Shown here: one piece after another, positions 37,545-46,767 of the stretch
How the letters are laid out: every line of letters starts with the position of its first letter
Numbering within the stretch: the stretch's first letter is position 1
DNA from: Patescibacteria group bacterium
GTDB taxonomy: Bacteria; Patescibacteriota; Minisyncoccia; Ryanbacterales; GWA2-47-10b
Direction of reading: 5' to 3'
Assembly (NCBI GenBank): GCA_038065475.1
Contig: JBBTQY010000010.1
Span: 3,531-67,530 of the forward strand
Length of the DNA: 64,000 nucleotides
The notes under the pieces: model-generated
Seen by the model: only the letters and a program-made list of their open reading frames with translations
Databases searched by the model: none
What the model was told of the DNA's origin: nothing
Translations under genes and position numbers: made by a program

Positions 37545-38095
37545 TGAAAACACGAGGATTCAGTCTTATCGAGATTATTGTCGCAACGGGCGTTTTTACC
37601 GTTGTTGCAATGCTCACGGTAGGTTCACTTTTTATTTTGACATCAGCAGAGAAGCGCGTAGCGAGTATTCAAGCCAACCAAGACAATGTTCGTTTTTCTA
37701 TGATCGAGATGACTCGTGAGATACGAAACGGCGCGCATTATGCGATATGTAGTGGGGGTACCTTCGGTGATTGTTTTCGCCTGAGAAATGCAGATGGAGT
37801 TGAGGTTGATTATAAGATAAGTAGTGATCCGGCAACGGATTGCTCTATTGGTGCTGTCAATAATTGTGTTTTGCGTGCTGTCGGAGGGGGGGCTTTCAAT
37901 CCAATTACCGGCTCTGATGTAAAGATCGAGAGGCTAAATTTTTATCTCAAGGGCGCGGATGGCCTTTTCCCAGATGAGAATGTTCAGGCAAGGGTGACGA
38001 TTGTGTTGCAGGGCATTGCACAGGAAGGAACACCCAATCAAACTGAGATTGATATCCAAACTACTATTTCTATGCTTCAAATAGATACACTCTGA
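37544..38095 (+). CDS. Minor pilin (PilW-like)
   Basis: TRG/FSLIEIIVA, MTREIRNG. Confidence 0.85.
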   Translation: MKTRGFSLIEIIVATGVFTVVAMLTVGSLFILTSAEKRVASIQANQDNVRFSMIEMTREIRNGAHYAICSGGTFGDCFRLRNADGVEVDYKISSDPATDCSIGAVNNCVLRAVGGGAFNPITGSDVKIERLNFYLKGADGLFPDENVQARVTIVLQGIAQEGTPNQTEIDIQTTISMLQIDTL

Positions 38096-38730
38096 TGAAT
38101 ATTTTTCATACTACACGAGAGCAAAAAGGAGTCACTCTGCTGTTGGCGGTACTCTTTTTGACGGCGGGTCTTTCTATATCGCTCGGCATTTTTTACATTG
38201 TATTTGTGCAGTTGCAAATTAACCGCGCCGCACGCGATTCTCATGTGGCATTTTATGCAGCCGATACCATGAAAGAATGTGCGGCTTATTATCGCGAGTA
38301 CGCTGGATACATTGATGTACCAAGCGATACTGATGAATCACCCTATTTTAGGGGCTTTTGGTCTCCGAGGTATCCATGTGGGGATGCTGATGGCGATGGT
38401 AGTGATTGTGCCGTCAACATAAATGCACCTATGTGCAATGGTTTTCGTGTGCTTCGTCAAAGTGACAGCGCCGAGGGCGTTGATTATGAGGCAGGTACTT
38501 TTGATGATCCGCTCGATCCCCATATATTTAAATTCAAGCTCGACTCGCAGGGAGGACTTTGTGCCAATGCGCGCATTGAAGTACTTGAAAGTGTAAACGG
38601 AGTCACTGGTGAATATGATGCTCGTATCATTACCGAAGTTGATGGCTTGAGTTCATGTAATCCTACCCAGTTTCGTATCAACCAGTCATTTGATGAATGT
38701 ATTACTCACGTCAGTGGAGGCTGTCAATGA
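38095..38730 (+). CDS. Minor pilin (PilX-like, lacks Glu5)
   Basis: QKG/VTLLLAV, AFYAAD. Confidence 0.8.
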   Translation: MNIFHTTREQKGVTLLLAVLFLTAGLSISLGIFYIVFVQLQINRAARDSHVAFYAADTMKECAAYYREYAGYIDVPSDTDESPYFRGFWSPRYPCGDADGDGSDCAVNINAPMCNGFRVLRQSDSAEGVDYEAGTFDDPLDPHIFKFKLDSQGGLCANARIEVLESVNGVTGEYDARIITEVDGLSSCNPTQFRINQSFDECITHVSGGCQ

Positions 38731-40769
38731 TTTCTCATGATATTCGTGATCGCGCAAAAAAACTGCGGCAGCTGATCAATACCTACCGGTACCAGTACCA
38801 CGTAGAAAATCGGCTTGAGATTTCCGAAGAAGCGCTTGACTCACTCAAACACGAACTCTTTTTGCTCGAACAAAAATACCCCGAGCTTATTACCCCCGAT
38901 TCACCAACCCAGCGAGTAGAAGGTAAGGCATCTGAAAAATTTAAAAAAGTTACACACCGTGAGCGCATGCTCTCACTCGAAGATGCGTTTTCTGAAGACG
39001 ACATGCAGGCATGGGAGGCACGGCTCGAAAAATTTTCCGGCAGGCATGATTTTCATTATTTTGCCGAACTCAAGCTTGACGGTTTGGCGCTCTCGCTTGT
39101 CTACAAAGACGGCGTGCTTGCCGCAGGCGCTACGCGCGGCGACGGTGCGGTGGGCGAAGATATTACAAAAAATATCAAAACAATCGAATCAATTCCATTG
39201 CAGCTTGAGCTCTTTGGTAAAAGTTCGCATGTGTTTTCCAGAAAAATACTCAAGCTACACGAGATCGAGATTCGTGGCGAGGCGTTGATCTCCAAAAAAG
39301 GTCTCGAGCGTATCAATAAAGAACAAGAGAAAAAGGGCGCCAAACCGTATGCTAACTCACGTAATCTAGCGGCTGGTTCTTTGCGTCAGCTCGATCCGCG
39401 CATGGTAGCAGCACGCAAACTCGAGTTTGTGGCGTATGATATTGTGCTTTCAAAGAAAGATCGCGATGCGCTCGGTATCACTACGCACCATGAAGAGCAT
39501 CAAATTCTCAAAGACCTCGGTTTTAAGACAGATCCTTATGCGAAGGCATGCCCAGATCTCAAGCATGTCTTTGGATTTCATAAACATATCATTGACGGAC
39601 GTGAAGCATTTCCGTACGAAATTGATGGTGTTGTTGTGCAAGTTAACGAGTCTGATATTTTTGAGCGGCTCGGTGTGATCGGAAAAACACCACGCGGTGC
39701 TGTTGCCTATAAGTTTGCGCCCCAAGAGGCTGTCACACGCATTGAAGATATTGTTATCCAGGTCGGGCGCACGGGGGCGCTTACGCCGGTAGCACACTTG
39801 GAGCCCGTTAATGTGGGTGGGGTGACTGTTTCGCGTGCGACACTTCATAATGAAGATGAAATCAGGCGGCTCGGTGTGAAGATCGGTGATTCGGTAATTG
39901 TGGGTCGCGCGGGCGACGTGATTCCTGACGTGCGTCGTGTGCTCACCGAGCTTCGCACGGGCAAAGAAAAAAACTTTCGTATGCCGACAAAGTGCCCTGT
40001 GTGCGGTACCAAGATTGAAAAAGATGAGGAGGGCGTGATCGCGCGATGCCCCAATATTTCGTGCCCATCACGCACACGTGAGCGCATGTATTATTTCGCA
40101 GGCAAAAACGCATTTGATATCGACGGCCTCGGCCCCAAAATTATTGATGCGCTCTTTGATGAAGGCTTGATACAAGATGCGGCTGATCTTTTTGATCTGC
40201 GTGAGGGCGATATCGCGATGCTGGATCGATTTGGCGAGAAGTCTGCGGCAAATCTTATTGCTGCCATCAAAAAAGCAAAACGCATCACCCTGCCGCGATT
40301 TTTGGTTGCACTCTCAATCTTGCACGTAGGTGAGGAGACGGCGATTGATTTGGCCGAACACTTCGGCTCGTTGGGTGCGATTGCGGAGGCCTCCTACGAT
40401 GATATTATTGCTATTAAAAATATTGGCGAGGTGGTAGCAGAGAGTATTGTTGAGTATTTTAAAAATACATATAATAAACGTTTTATTGAACGCCTCAAGA
40501 GCGCGGGCATCGAGGTCTTGCGTACACAAAAGAAAAAACCCGGCAAATTTACCGGTCTTTCATTTGTATTTACGGGTGAGCTCGAATCAATGTCGCGCGA
40601 TGAAGCAAAAGCACTTGTGCGCGAGCTCGGAGGTGACCCGTCAGAGACGGTATCGCGCAAAACGAGTTTCGTGGTGGCAGGCGCCTCACCGGGATCAAAG
40701 CATGATAAAGCACTAAAGCTTGGTGTGACAGTTTTGACCGAACAGGAGTTTTTGAAAAAGGCGCGTTAG
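38727..40769 (+). CDS. ligA: NAD-dependent DNA ligase
   Basis: DSPTQRV, ELKLDG, TRGDG, RNLAAGSLRQLD, zinc finger, BRCT. Confidence 0.97.
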   Translation: MISHDIRDRAKKLRQLINTYRYQYHVENRLEISEEALDSLKHELFLLEQKYPELITPDSPTQRVEGKASEKFKKVTHRERMLSLEDAFSEDDMQAWEARLEKFSGRHDFHYFAELKLDGLALSLVYKDGVLAAGATRGDGAVGEDITKNIKTIESIPLQLELFGKSSHVFSRKILKLHEIEIRGEALISKKGLERINKEQEKKGAKPYANSRNLAAGSLRQLDPRMVAARKLEFVAYDIVLSKKDRDALGITTHHEEHQILKDLGFKTDPYAKACPDLKHVFGFHKHIIDGREAFPYEIDGVVVQVNESDIFERLGVIGKTPRGAVAYKFAPQEAVTRIEDIVIQVGRTGALTPVAHLEPVNVGGVTVSRATLHNEDEIRRLGVKIGDSVIVGRAGDVIPDVRRVLTELRTGKEKNFRMPTKCPVCGTKIEKDEEGVIARCPNISCPSRTRERMYYFAGKNAFDIDGLGPKIIDALFDEGLIQDAADLFDLREGDIAMLDRFGEKSAANLIAAIKKAKRITLPRFLVALSILHVGEETAIDLAEHFGSLGAIAEASYDDIIAIKNIGEVVAESIVEYFKNTYNKRFIERLKSAGIEVLRTQKKKPGKFTGLSFVFTGELESMSRDEAKALVRELGGDPSETVSRKTSFVVAGASPGSKHDKALKLGVTVLTEQEFLKKAR

Positions 40770-40787
40770 TCTGCTAGGCTTCTTTAT

Positions 40788-41081
40788 ATGATTACGCCAG
40801 AAGAAGTTAAAAAGCTTTTTGCGCTCGCACGCGTGGAGGCGACTCCCGAAGAGCTCGAGCGTTTACCGAAAGAAATTTCGGATATTTTGGCGTATATCGA
40901 TAAACTCAAATCAGCACCTTTGGGCGAGCTCCCACCAACGCTTTCATTTGCGCCAACGCTCAAAGAGTTGCGTTTTGATGAGATAGTATCGCAAGATGCT
41001 GTTGATGTTGAGAGTCTTAAAAAACAGTTTCCTGAAATCTCGGGCGATTATCTGAAAACCAAAAAAGTGTTTGGAGAATAA
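40788..41081 (+). CDS. gatC: Asp/Glu-tRNA amidotransferase subunit C
   Basis: ITPEEVKKL..LAR, ILAYIDKL; directly upstream of gatA. Confidence 0.85.
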   Translation: MITPEEVKKLFALARVEATPEELERLPKEISDILAYIDKLKSAPLGELPPTLSFAPTLKELRFDEIVSQDAVDVESLKKQFPEISGDYLKTKKVFGE

Positions 41082-41082
41082 T

Positions 41083-42486
41083 ATGGCCTCTCAGATCCGT
41101 ATTCTTCATGACGCATTTACGTCAAAACAAAAATCAGTCAGCGAACACGTGGGGGAGTCACTCGCGTGTATTCGTGAGCGCGATGGTGAGCTCCACGCGT
41201 TTCTCGATGTGCATATTGCCAGTGCCGAGCGCGAAGCAGCGCGCATTGATGCCAAGATTGCTTCTGGCGAGAAGCTCGGTGAGCTCGAAGGCATTGGCAT
41301 TGCGCTCAAGGATAATATTTTGGTAAAGGGTACGCGTACCACGGCCGCGTCACAAATCCTCAAATCATACATTGCCTCATACGACGCCTTTGTTGTCGAG
41401 CGTTTGCGCGACGCGGGCGCGGTGATTATTGGCAAGACTAACCTTGATGAGTTTGCTATGGGCGGTTCTACTGAAAACTCGGCTTTTGGTCCGAGCAAAA
41501 ATCCGCATGATACTTCGCGCGCTCCCGGCGGCTCTTCGGGTGGTTCGGCAGTTGCTGTTGCCTCTGGAATGGCGCCGCTCGCACTTGGCTCTGATACGGG
41601 CGGATCAATCCGCCAGCCTGCATCATTTTGCGGAGTGGTGGGATTTAAGCCGAGCTATGGTCGTGTGTCGCGCTCAGGGCTTATTGCTATGGCATCAAGT
41701 CTTGATCAGATTGGCCCATTTGCAACATCAGTAGAAGACGCAGAAGTTTTGTTTCGTGCGATTGAAGGCAAAGACCCACTCGACATGACTTCGCAAGAAA
41801 TTAACGAAGAAGTGCGCGACAAAAAGGAATACGTGCTGGGTGTACCCGAAGATTTTATGAAAGATGGCCTTGACCCGAAAACCGAGAAAGTGATCAGAGA
41901 TTCATTTAAAAAAGCTGAGGGTGCTCATTTTAAATTTGTACCCGTCTCGCTCAAAGATTTGTCCTATGCGCTTGCGTGTTATTACATCATCATGCCGGCG
42001 GAGGTGTCGAGTAACCTCGCGCGCTTTGATGGCATACGATACGGAGACCGCGCCGAGGCAAAAACTCTTTTTGAAGTATATGGCAAAACCAAGGCCGCAG
42101 GTTTTGGTCCGGAGGTTAAGCGACGCATTGCTATCGGTACCTATGTACTCTCGCACGGCTACTATGATGCATACTATTTGCAGGCGCAACGGGTGCGTAC
42201 ATTGATTTCAAAAGCTTTCAATGACGCATTCCGTACGGTCGATGCTATTGCTATGCCAACGACGCCATCAGTAGCATTTAAGCTTGGCGAGAAATCGTCA
42301 GATCCACTTTCTATGTATTTGGAAGACATCTATACGGTACCCGCAAACTTGGCGGGGCTCCCCGCGCTCTCGTTGCCGGTGGGTATGAGTGACAATCTGC
42401 CCGTAGGATTGCAGTTGGTTGGCAAGCGTTTTGCCGACTACGAGTTGCTCGCAATCGCCAAGCGATTTGAAGAGGTGATTGCCTGA
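41083..42486 (+). CDS. gatA: Asp/Glu-tRNA amidotransferase subunit A
   Basis: GKTNLDEFAMG, PGGSSGGS, GSDTGGSIRQPA, EVKRRI. Confidence 0.97.
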   Translation: MASQIRILHDAFTSKQKSVSEHVGESLACIRERDGELHAFLDVHIASAEREAARIDAKIASGEKLGELEGIGIALKDNILVKGTRTTAASQILKSYIASYDAFVVERLRDAGAVIIGKTNLDEFAMGGSTENSAFGPSKNPHDTSRAPGGSSGGSAVAVASGMAPLALGSDTGGSIRQPASFCGVVGFKPSYGRVSRSGLIAMASSLDQIGPFATSVEDAEVLFRAIEGKDPLDMTSQEINEEVRDKKEYVLGVPEDFMKDGLDPKTEKVIRDSFKKAEGAHFKFVPVSLKDLSYALACYYIIMPAEVSSNLARFDGIRYGDRAEAKTLFEVYGKTKAAGFGPEVKRRIAIGTYVLSHGYYDAYYLQAQRVRTLISKAFNDAFRTVDAIAMPTTPSVAFKLGEKSSDPLSMYLEDIYTVPANLAGLPALSLPVGMSDNLPVGLQLVGKRFADYELLAIAKRFEEVIA

Positions 42487-42512
42487 TCACATTTTTTCGC
42501 ATATACTACATG

Positions 42513-42586
42513 CGCGGGGTGGAGCAGCCTGGTAGCTCGACGGGCTCATAACCCGTAGGTCGCTGGTTCAAATCCAGCCCCCGCAA
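42513..42586 (+). tRNA. Initiator tRNA-fMet(CAU)
   Basis: C1:A72 mismatch, GGG/CCC in anticodon stem, CTCATAA loop. Confidence 0.95.
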
Positions 42587-42674
42587 CAATTTTGCTGTCT
42601 TCGTTGTGTTTTGAATGAAGGCAAAGTTGTTGCGAGGCTCGTCTCGCTCCAACAGGGGCGGACGGCCCGCAACA
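42580..42674 (+). repeat. Hairpin element bounded by a duplicated tRNA-fMet 3' end
   Basis: CCCGCAACA at 42580 and 42666; inverted copy GCAAAGTTGTTGCG at 42621. Confidence 0.8.
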
Positions 42675-42675
42675 C

Positions 42676-42702
42676 AAAAACTCCTTAAAAAGGGAGTTTT
42701 TT
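42676..42702 (+). terminator. Intrinsic terminator
   Basis: AAAAACTCCTT...AAGGGAGTTTTTT hairpin. Confidence 0.75.
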
Positions 42703-42716
42703 GTTATCTTAAAAAT

Positions 42717-42962
42717 ATGTATTATATTTACATTCTTTTGTCCGAAAAAGATGGCAGAACATATGTGGGATATACGAGTGATCTCAAAGAACGACTTAAA
42801 TCACATAATGAAGGACGAGTAACTGCCACTAAGCATCGAAGACCACTTAAGATATTTTATACAGAAGAATTTGGAACTATAGCTAAAGCAAAAAATCGAG
42901 AGCTCTGGTGGAAAAGTAGTAGCGGTAGGAAAAAGCTAAAAAATCTATTTATGAAAAATTGA
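42717..42962 (+). CDS. GIY-YIG nuclease family protein
   Basis: YYIYIL, YVGYT, RLKSHN, A..RE..WKS; AT-rich. Confidence 0.9.
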   Translation: MYYIYILLSEKDGRTYVGYTSDLKERLKSHNEGRVTATKHRRPLKIFYTEEFGTIAKAKNRELWWKSSSGRKKLKNLFMKN

Positions 42963-43084
42963 CAAAATACTAACTTATGTTAGTATTTTTTTTAGTTTGT
43001 ACGTAACATTAATGACATCCAATAACCACAAAGCCCTCCTTGGATTCTGCTAAAAATGAGCAGACAGGGAGTACGGGAGGAGTT

Positions 43085-43456
43085 GTGAAGATTTTAGCAT
43101 TCGTGCTCGGGCTCTCGATCGTTCTCGGTTCTTGTGGGGTATGGACCCACGGCGTGGTGACCAATACCACAGGAGATGGATACGAGCCTCGTTCTACGCT
43201 CACATCCACTCTGCTGGGTTACAAGCGCGGCGCTTCCTGTGAGATGGATTTCGATGACAGGGGACGCCGAGAGTGGCAGTGTCCATTTTTCTCCAACGTG
43301 TCTCATTCGTCTACGCCATCTCCGTTGGCCGCGTTTTTCGTGAAGTTCATGTTCTGGCCCCTGGAGATGATGATCGGATTTCTTCTCATGCTGTGGGCGG
43401 CTGTTTCTCGAGACCGAGAAGTGACGAGCGAAACCCCGGGGGTTTCGAGAACCTAG
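43085..43456 (+). CDS. Hypothetical membrane protein
   Basis: GTG start after GGGAGGAG, N- and C-terminal hydrophobic segments. Confidence 0.55.
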   Translation: MKILAFVLGLSIVLGSCGVWTHGVVTNTTGDGYEPRSTLTSTLLGYKRGASCEMDFDDRGRREWQCPFFSNVSHSSTPSPLAAFFVKFMFWPLEMMIGFLLMLWAAVSRDREVTSETPGVSRT

Positions 43457-43526
43457 AAGGTTCTGGGCAGGTGGACGATCGCCTTTTGTAAAGTATCGTC
43501 CAAAAAAACAAAGGAGAGATGACGCC

Positions 43527-44210
43527 ATGGCAAGAACCATGACCCCATCCCCGATGACCGATGGCCAGATCGATAAGGCAGCAGAGCTTTACCGGGCGAT
43601 GTTCGCTCGGTATCATCGTGAGTTTCCCACCGATCTGATGCAGCGTGTACTCGCTCAGCCGGATCTCATGCGGGAGGTGGCGGACGTCTTCCGTCGCCGC
43701 GTCGGTCTCGAGCGCGGGTACATCATCTTCCGCGTGTGGGTAGAGCCCCATGATTCACTCGTAGAAGGCTTCGCAATTCCCAAGCACGACCACGAGATCA
43801 ATCGCAACCTCGTGAAGACCATGTCACAGGGCAGCAGGGCAGGCATGAAGGAGCTCTATCTTTTTCAGCCTCCTTCCGAGATGTACAGCAATCAGGGTTT
43901 GATCAGCGACGCGGGTGTCGCGGAGGCGTACCAGCTTCGGAGCTTGAAGCCGGTCGATCCGTTTGTGCACGCAGCACTTCTCAAGAGTCGTCCCACCCTT
44001 GCCAATGACTTCCCGACCGTCACCCATTGGCAAGACGAAGACGGTTTCTGGTGCTACTCCGAAAGCGACCTGTCTGGGTGGCACGGGCGGTACTTGTTTA
44101 CCGTCAAGTGCACGATGGATGGTCTCGATGACGAAGCCGATCCCCGTAGGTACCGTACCCGCGGTCGATACTATGGTCGGGAGATCTGGTTCGTGGGTGT
44201 GGAGGAGTAG
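43527..44210 (+). CDS. Hypothetical protein (227 aa)
   Basis: SD AAGGAG, GC-richer codon use, terminator at 44240. Confidence 0.7.
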   Translation: MARTMTPSPMTDGQIDKAAELYRAMFARYHREFPTDLMQRVLAQPDLMREVADVFRRRVGLERGYIIFRVWVEPHDSLVEGFAIPKHDHEINRNLVKTMSQGSRAGMKELYLFQPPSEMYSNQGLISDAGVAEAYQLRSLKPVDPFVHAALLKSRPTLANDFPTVTHWQDEDGFWCYSESDLSGWHGRYLFTVKCTMDGLDDEADPRRYRTRGRYYGREIWFVGVEE

Positions 44211-44239
44211 AGAGGCTCGCCCGAATAGCCTCGACGGGA

Positions 44240-44275
44240 GCCCCGGCGCGATTCGCGCCGGGGCATTTTATTTTC
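44240..44275 (+). terminator. Intrinsic terminator
   Basis: GCCCCGGCGCG-ATT-CGCGCCGGGGC plus T-rich tail. Confidence 0.8.
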
Positions 44276-44315
44276 TTAAAAAGAAAAAACCGCGCGTTGC
44301 ATGGTGCAGCGGCGG

Positions 44316-44567
44316 TCAGGGTTTGCGAGCTTTGGCGATTACTTCGTAGACTCTGGCAATGGCGAGTGGTAGGCCAGGCGCGGCGCTCGATGCGCCTCCC
44401 GAGGTTGAGATACGTACCGCGTGCCAGGACTTTTGACCTTCTTGTACCACCGAGACATACCAGTCGCCATTCTCGCCTTGAAAGATGACGAGCTCGTAGC
44501 GCTCGTGCGGCGGGTAGTCGCGATCATCGGTCAGGTAGCGAGCTTCTTCGCGTAGTGCCATGCGCAT
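44316..44567 (-). CDS. Small hypothetical protein
   Basis: Follows the 44574 ORF by 6 nt with AAGGA SD; hairpin and U-tract downstream. Confidence 0.65.
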   Translation of the reverse strand: MRMALREEARYLTDDRDYPPHERYELVIFQGENGDWYVSVVQEGQKSWHAVRISTSGGASSAAPGLPLAIARVYEVIAKARKP

Positions 44568-44573
44568 GTTTCC

Positions 44574-44945
44574 TTATTGTGTTGAGTGCTGACGTTTGAG
44601 CCTTTCGGCGAAGTATGGGGGGATGATTGTCTCGTCGACAGGTTGATGGAGAAATGCGTGACGATCAGCTTCTGTCGCAATGCCATTTGCGTGGAGTATC
44701 TTGTGCTCGTTGGCGAGCCAGAGAAGTCGCAAGGGCTGCTCTATCCAGGTTGCAGGTAGAGAAGATTCGGTTACCGCCTGTTCAAGGTTGCGTCCTTCTG
44801 CTACCGAAAGTAGTCCCCACTGAATGGCGTTCTGGATGACTTCGATTCCATTTCGTATAGAAATAAATTCAGGCCCTATCCGCCCGTCATCCATCACGAT
44901 TCTGCCGTGTTTACCGCACTCGGCGCATATCTCAAGTTGTGCCAT
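44574..44945 (-). CDS. Hypothetical protein with N-terminal CxxC
   Basis: SD GGGAGG, CAECGKH. Confidence 0.65.
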   Translation of the reverse strand: MAQLEICAECGKHGRIVMDDGRIGPEFISIRNGIEVIQNAIQWGLLSVAEGRNLEQAVTESSLPATWIEQPLRLLWLANEHKILHANGIATEADRHAFLHQPVDETIIPPYFAERLKRQHSTQ

Positions 44946-45058
44946 AGGTATACCCTCCCGCTTGTTCCGTTTTTATTTAAGCAAGGCGGGCCTGTATTGG
45001 CAATATTTCTCAAAAAAGAAAAAACCGCTCACTGCGTGATGCAGTGGCGGTTGGGGGG

Positions 45059-45472
45059 TTAGCGTCCGAAGCGTTCGTGCACCTCGATGTCGACGAAGTG
45101 AAGCACTTCTTTCTTGCCAGCGCGCGGTGCTTCTCCGACGAATGCGCCCGCGACAACGTTGCGGTAGAAGCAGCTTTCGGCACCCGTGTGGCAGGCGCCT
45201 TCACCTCGCTGTTGCACCAGGTAGATGACGGCATCACCGTCGCAATCGACGAGCACGCCCACGACTTCTTGGGTGTTGTCGCTTGTTTCGCCTTTCATCC
45301 AGCGCTCTTTTCGCGAGGTCGAGTAGTACACTGCCTTGCCGATACGCAGTGTCTCCTCGAATCCCGCAGGATCCGTGGATGCCACCATCAGGATCTGGCC
45401 GGTACTCGCTTCTTGCGCCACGACGGTGACGAGGCCGTCCCGCTTCTCGAAGTTCGGATATAGTACCTGCAT
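45059..45472 (-). CDS. hisI: Phosphoribosyl-AMP cyclohydrolase
   Basis: GLVTVVAQ, YYSTSR..WMKGETS, DCDGDA, ACHTG..SCFYR. Confidence 0.92.
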   Translation of the reverse strand: MQVLYPNFEKRDGLVTVVAQEASTGQILMVASTDPAGFEETLRIGKAVYYSTSRKERWMKGETSDNTQEVVGVLVDCDGDAVIYLVQQRGEGACHTGAESCFYRNVVAGAFVGEAPRAGKKEVLHFVDIEVHERFGR

Positions 45473-45557
45473 GGGAACTCCTTTCCTTTGCTAATAGAGA
45501 TTCAAGCAAATTTAGAGGCGACCTGCAAATCTTTCTTATTTATATTACAGTAAGTAT

Positions 45558-46487
45558 ATGAGTTTTTCGGCAAAGCACATAATGCAAAAGCATATAGTGA
45601 TCGGCGCGAGTGTAGTTGCGCTACTTATGATCGCGGGCGCGTCATGGCAGTTTTATGTGTTGCATCAAAAAAATATTGAACTGTCCGGTACGTTGCGCAA
45701 GCTAACAGAGGATCAAGCAGCGACTGCAAAAAGCCTCTCAGAGACACTCGCACTGCTCGATAAAAATTTAACGCTGACAAAAACTGAGCAAGACAAACTT
45801 CGTGGCGTACTGACATCAGAGCAAGAACGCGCAAAAGTACAGCAGCAGCAGTTGGAAAATATTTCGGGCACGGTAGGCACCCTTGAAAAACTTACATATA
45901 CCGACGAAGAGCTTTTGCAAAAGTATTCAAAAATATATTTTCTCAATGAGCATTATATACCTGCAAATCTGAGCAAGATTCCCGCAGAGTTTACGCGCGA
46001 TCCAAAAATGGATTTTCAAATTCACTCCAGCGTTCTGCCGTTTTTAGAGAAGATAATGAAGGCAAATCCAAGTCCTGATTTTGATTTGCGGGTAAGCTCG
46101 GCTTACCGATCGTTTGGTACACAAGCAGGTCTTAAATCAAATTATGCGGTAGTGTATGGTGCGGGCACCGCAAATCAGTTTTCAGCAGATCAGGGATATT
46201 CAGAGCATCAGCTTGGCACAACGTTTGATTTTACCACGGTGCGTACGGGTACCGATTTGTCTGCATTTCAAGAAACTTCTGATTACCAATGGCTTTTGGA
46301 AAATGCTCACAAATACGGGTTTACGATGTCATATCCAGAAAACAACAGTTATTACCAATTTGAGCCGTGGCACTGGCGTTTTGTGGGCGTGAAGCTTGCG
46401 ACAGATCTCTATAATCAAAAAAAACATTTTTATGATCTCGAGCAGCGCGAGATCGATAAATATCTCGTCTCTATTTTTGACAAATAA
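45558..46487 (+). CDS. M15B D-alanyl-D-alanine carboxypeptidase (VanY-like)
   Basis: TM plus coiled coil, SAYRS, GYSEHQLG..FD, FEPWHWRFVG. Confidence 0.9.
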   Translation: MSFSAKHIMQKHIVIGASVVALLMIAGASWQFYVLHQKNIELSGTLRKLTEDQAATAKSLSETLALLDKNLTLTKTEQDKLRGVLTSEQERAKVQQQQLENISGTVGTLEKLTYTDEELLQKYSKIYFLNEHYIPANLSKIPAEFTRDPKMDFQIHSSVLPFLEKIMKANPSPDFDLRVSSAYRSFGTQAGLKSNYAVVYGAGTANQFSADQGYSEHQLGTTFDFTTVRTGTDLSAFQETSDYQWLLENAHKYGFTMSYPENNSYYQFEPWHWRFVGVKLATDLYNQKKHFYDLEQREIDKYLVSIFDK

Positions 46488-46489
46488 CA

Positions 46490-46738
46490 ATGTGGTTCGT
46501 CTATATCTTGCTTTGTCGCGACGGCAGCCTGTATACGGGCGTTACCAATAATCTGCCGCGAAGACTTAAAGATCACAAAGACGGCAAGGGAGGGAGCTAT
46601 ACGCGCTCGCATCCGCCCAAAAAGATAATTTTCTCGGAGCGCGCTCGCACAAGAGGTCAGGCGCAGGCCCGAGAAGCGGCGATAAAACGTTTGCCGCGAG
46701 CAAAAAAACTCCAACTTATCCGTTTTCATAAGTCATAA
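46490..46738 (+). CDS. GIY-YIG nuclease family protein (UPF0213/YhbQ-like)
   Basis: WFVYILLCRDGSLYTGVT, RL..H..GKG..YTR, REAAIK. Confidence 0.9.
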   Translation: MWFVYILLCRDGSLYTGVTNNLPRRLKDHKDGKGGSYTRSHPPKKIIFSERARTRGQAQAREAAIKRLPRAKKLQLIRFHKS

Positions 46739-46767
46739 AAGCTCTATACTGAAGCTATCTTTTGCTT

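Noticed and set aside
43040-45472. Prophage or integron cassette array after tRNA-fMet
   Set aside because: No integrase, no phage structural genes, no attC-like repeats, and gene orientations are mixed.
45558-46487. Vancomycin resistance locus (VanY)
   Set aside because: A lone M15B carboxypeptidase with no vanHAX or vanRS nearby; most likely cell-wall remodelling.
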